DNA of 64,000 nucleotides from Sedimentisphaerales bacterium (GTDB lineage: Bacteria > Planctomycetota > Phycisphaerae > Sedimentisphaerales > Anaerobacaceae): assembly GCA_963708075.1 (NCBI GenBank), contig OY970194.1:64001-128000 (forward strand). The letters run 5' to 3'. Under the pieces are notes generated by a model. The model worked only from the letters and a program-made list of their open reading frames with translations. It did not search any database and was not told where the DNA came from. Below, piece by piece: positions 62,487-64,000 of the stretch (within the stretch, counting starts at the first letter, position 1; every line of letters starts with the position of its first letter). The position numbers and the translations under genes are program-made.

Positions 62487-64000
62487 GGCTTCATCTCCTT
62501 CACGCTCGTGAAACAGCCCGTAGCGTCCTTTATCGCAGTTGTATTCGCTTCCACCGAGAGCATGGCTTTACCGGCGGTGACAAAGCCTTGCTTTCTCGCA
62601 TCGTCGGCAATTGTGGGGTGCCCTCCTTCATTCGTGACGGCGATCTCCTTCATCTCCAGCTCAATCCCCTTGGCCGAGACCGTCCCGACGAGGTAGTTCA
62701 ACCTGGGATCCTGTCCGATCGAGGCGCCGTGGGCGATCTGCAGGATGCCGCCGGCCTGTGCACAATGGATCGCGTGGACCTCGCCGCACAGGTACAGGTC
62801 CGCCCGATGCTTCTTGAGAGTCTGCCACAATGGGGACTCCTCGCCGCCCGCCAGGGTAAGGCCGGCAGAGCCTTGTGCAGCAGGTGGTATGACTGGTGTG
62901 TGACCCATCACAACGACGTGCTCGACGCCGGGGTTGTCGGTCAGCGTCTGTTCGAGCCATTGAAGTTGCTCGCCCGTGACTTGGGGAACGATGCCGGCCT
63001 GATCACCGCTGCCTTTCTCGAAGACATCCAGCGCGGCGAACAGCACGTTCTCATGGATGAACCAGTAAGCCGTGCCCTTCATGCGAAGGGGACCGCTGAG
63101 CGGCATCGCGAGATGCTTCTGGAACTGCCGCTTGAAGAGGCGAACGAGGTCCGCCTTGTCGGCCGGCCACGGGCCGCCCCCGATGTCGTGGTCGCCGATA
63201 GCGGCGTAGAACGCCAGGCCGTGGTCCTGCATCCGCTTCACCCAGGCCGGATAATAGACAGCCGCCTGCTTCTCGATGCTCTCTTTGTCCGGCCATGTAC
63301 CTGCGACCAGGTCGCCCGGCACCAGTACGAACTCCGGATTCTCCGCTTTGATCGCCTTGAGCACATAGTCGAGAGTCTCTTCCCAGCCGCTCTGCGGATA
63401 GGCCACGTCTGCGCCGGTGAAATTGGGGATACTGACGAATCGCCACGGCTGCACGGAATTCACGCCGCCTTCGGGGACCTCAGCCTTAGCCACCCATAGA
63501 ATCGCGTTCAGGACCAGCTTGCGGAACGGCTCCATGTGCCAGTTTTTGTCGGTGTGGCCGCCGCTGAATCCGAAGCCCCGACCGCCATCGGCACGTGTGT
63601 AGGCCCAGGCGAGGACTTTATCCTGCGGGTTACGCGGCGGAAGCTTGCCCGTCATGATCGGGACAACGTTCGGATCGTTCGGCTGAAATCCAAGATCGAA
63701 GTACCATTCATCCTCCGCGACGTAGCCGCGGCAGCCCCGGCTGATAGGATGGCCGTTCTCGGCCGGCGTCACTTTCACCGTGTTGACGGGATTCTGCGAA
63801 AGGCCCACCTGATAGCAGCCGCCTACCCATCGGCGCAGGTCTTCCTGCAGTCCTTCAGGCGGATCGATGGAGTAGTGGAGAAACACCAACCCCTTGCCCC
63901 GTTTGGCCAATTCTCGAATCTTGGCAGCCCGGCCGGGCTCTTTGAGCGGGTGGAGGTCGCGACCATCCGCGAAGAAGATGATCGCATCGGCGTCATCCAG
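62483..64000 (-). CDS. ThuA-like domain fused to a metallophosphoesterase (5' end outside window)
   Basis: DEWYF...AWAYTRADGGRGFGFSGGH; PGDLV, IGDHD, GHTP, YLCGEVH. Confidence 0.75.
   Translation of the reverse strand: MDDADAIIFFADGRDLHPLKEPGRAAKIRELAKRGKGLVFLHYSIDPPEGLQEDLRRWVGGCYQVGLSQNPVNTVKVTPAENGHPISRGCRGYVAEDEWYFDLGFQPNDPNVVPIMTGKLPPRNPQDKVLAWAYTRADGGRGFGFSGGHTDKNWHMEPFRKLVLNAILWVAKAEVPEGGVNSVQPWRFVSIPNFTGADVAYPQSGWEETLDYVLKAIKAENPEFVLVPGDLVAGTWPDKESIEKQAAVYYPAWVKRMQDHGLAFYAAIGDHDIGGGPWPADKADLVRLFKRQFQKHLAMPLSGPLRMKGTAYWFIHENVLFAALDVFEKGSGDQAGIVPQVTGEQLQWLEQTLTDNPGVEHVVVMGHTPVIPPAAQGSAGLTLAGGEESPLWQTLKKHRADLYLCGEVHAIHCAQAGGILQIAHGASIGQDPRLNYLVGTVSAKGIELEMKEIAVTNEGGHPTIADDARKQGFVTAGKAMLSVEANTTAIKDATGCFTSVKEMKP

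Overview
GC-rich bacterial window, probably a planctomycete (Phycisphaerae/Sedimentisphaerales-like). That placement is inferred from prepilin-type FTLIELLVV/H-X9-DG proteins, many Tat-exported sugar enzymes and a sulfatase. (1) 1-2.2 kb: methyltransferase end, oligogalacturonate-lyase-like gene and tRNA-Arg(UCG). (2) About 2.3-28.6 kb: a general-stress/dormancy-type island next to the tRNA. It carries a soluble RsbU_N-like/HisKA_3 kinase with a NarL-type regulator, an MlaEFD-like transporter with a degenerate ATPase, bacterioferritin, MgtA, an RNB nuclease, SPFH, B12 radical SAM, an eRF1-like protein, FlgM-like and i-type-lysozyme-like proteins, CsbD, ElaB, DUF1328, hemerythrin, ChaB and a decayed glycosyl operon. 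The best observation is six copies of one promoter architecture: a near-palindromic TAGGGTTATACCCCA-like box whose first base lies exactly 38 nt before a -10-like hexamer. One copy faces the kinase/regulator operon itself, which points to an autoregulated stress regulon. (3) 29-64 kb: mainly glycan-degrading and periplasmic enzymes (sulfatase, GH116, DUF2961/GH172-like x2, GH120-like, GH106, heparinase II-like, GHL6), plus REP-like and heptamer repeats. About ten genes are split by small indels, most likely long-read consensus errors. Family calls come from motif recognition only; no searches were run.
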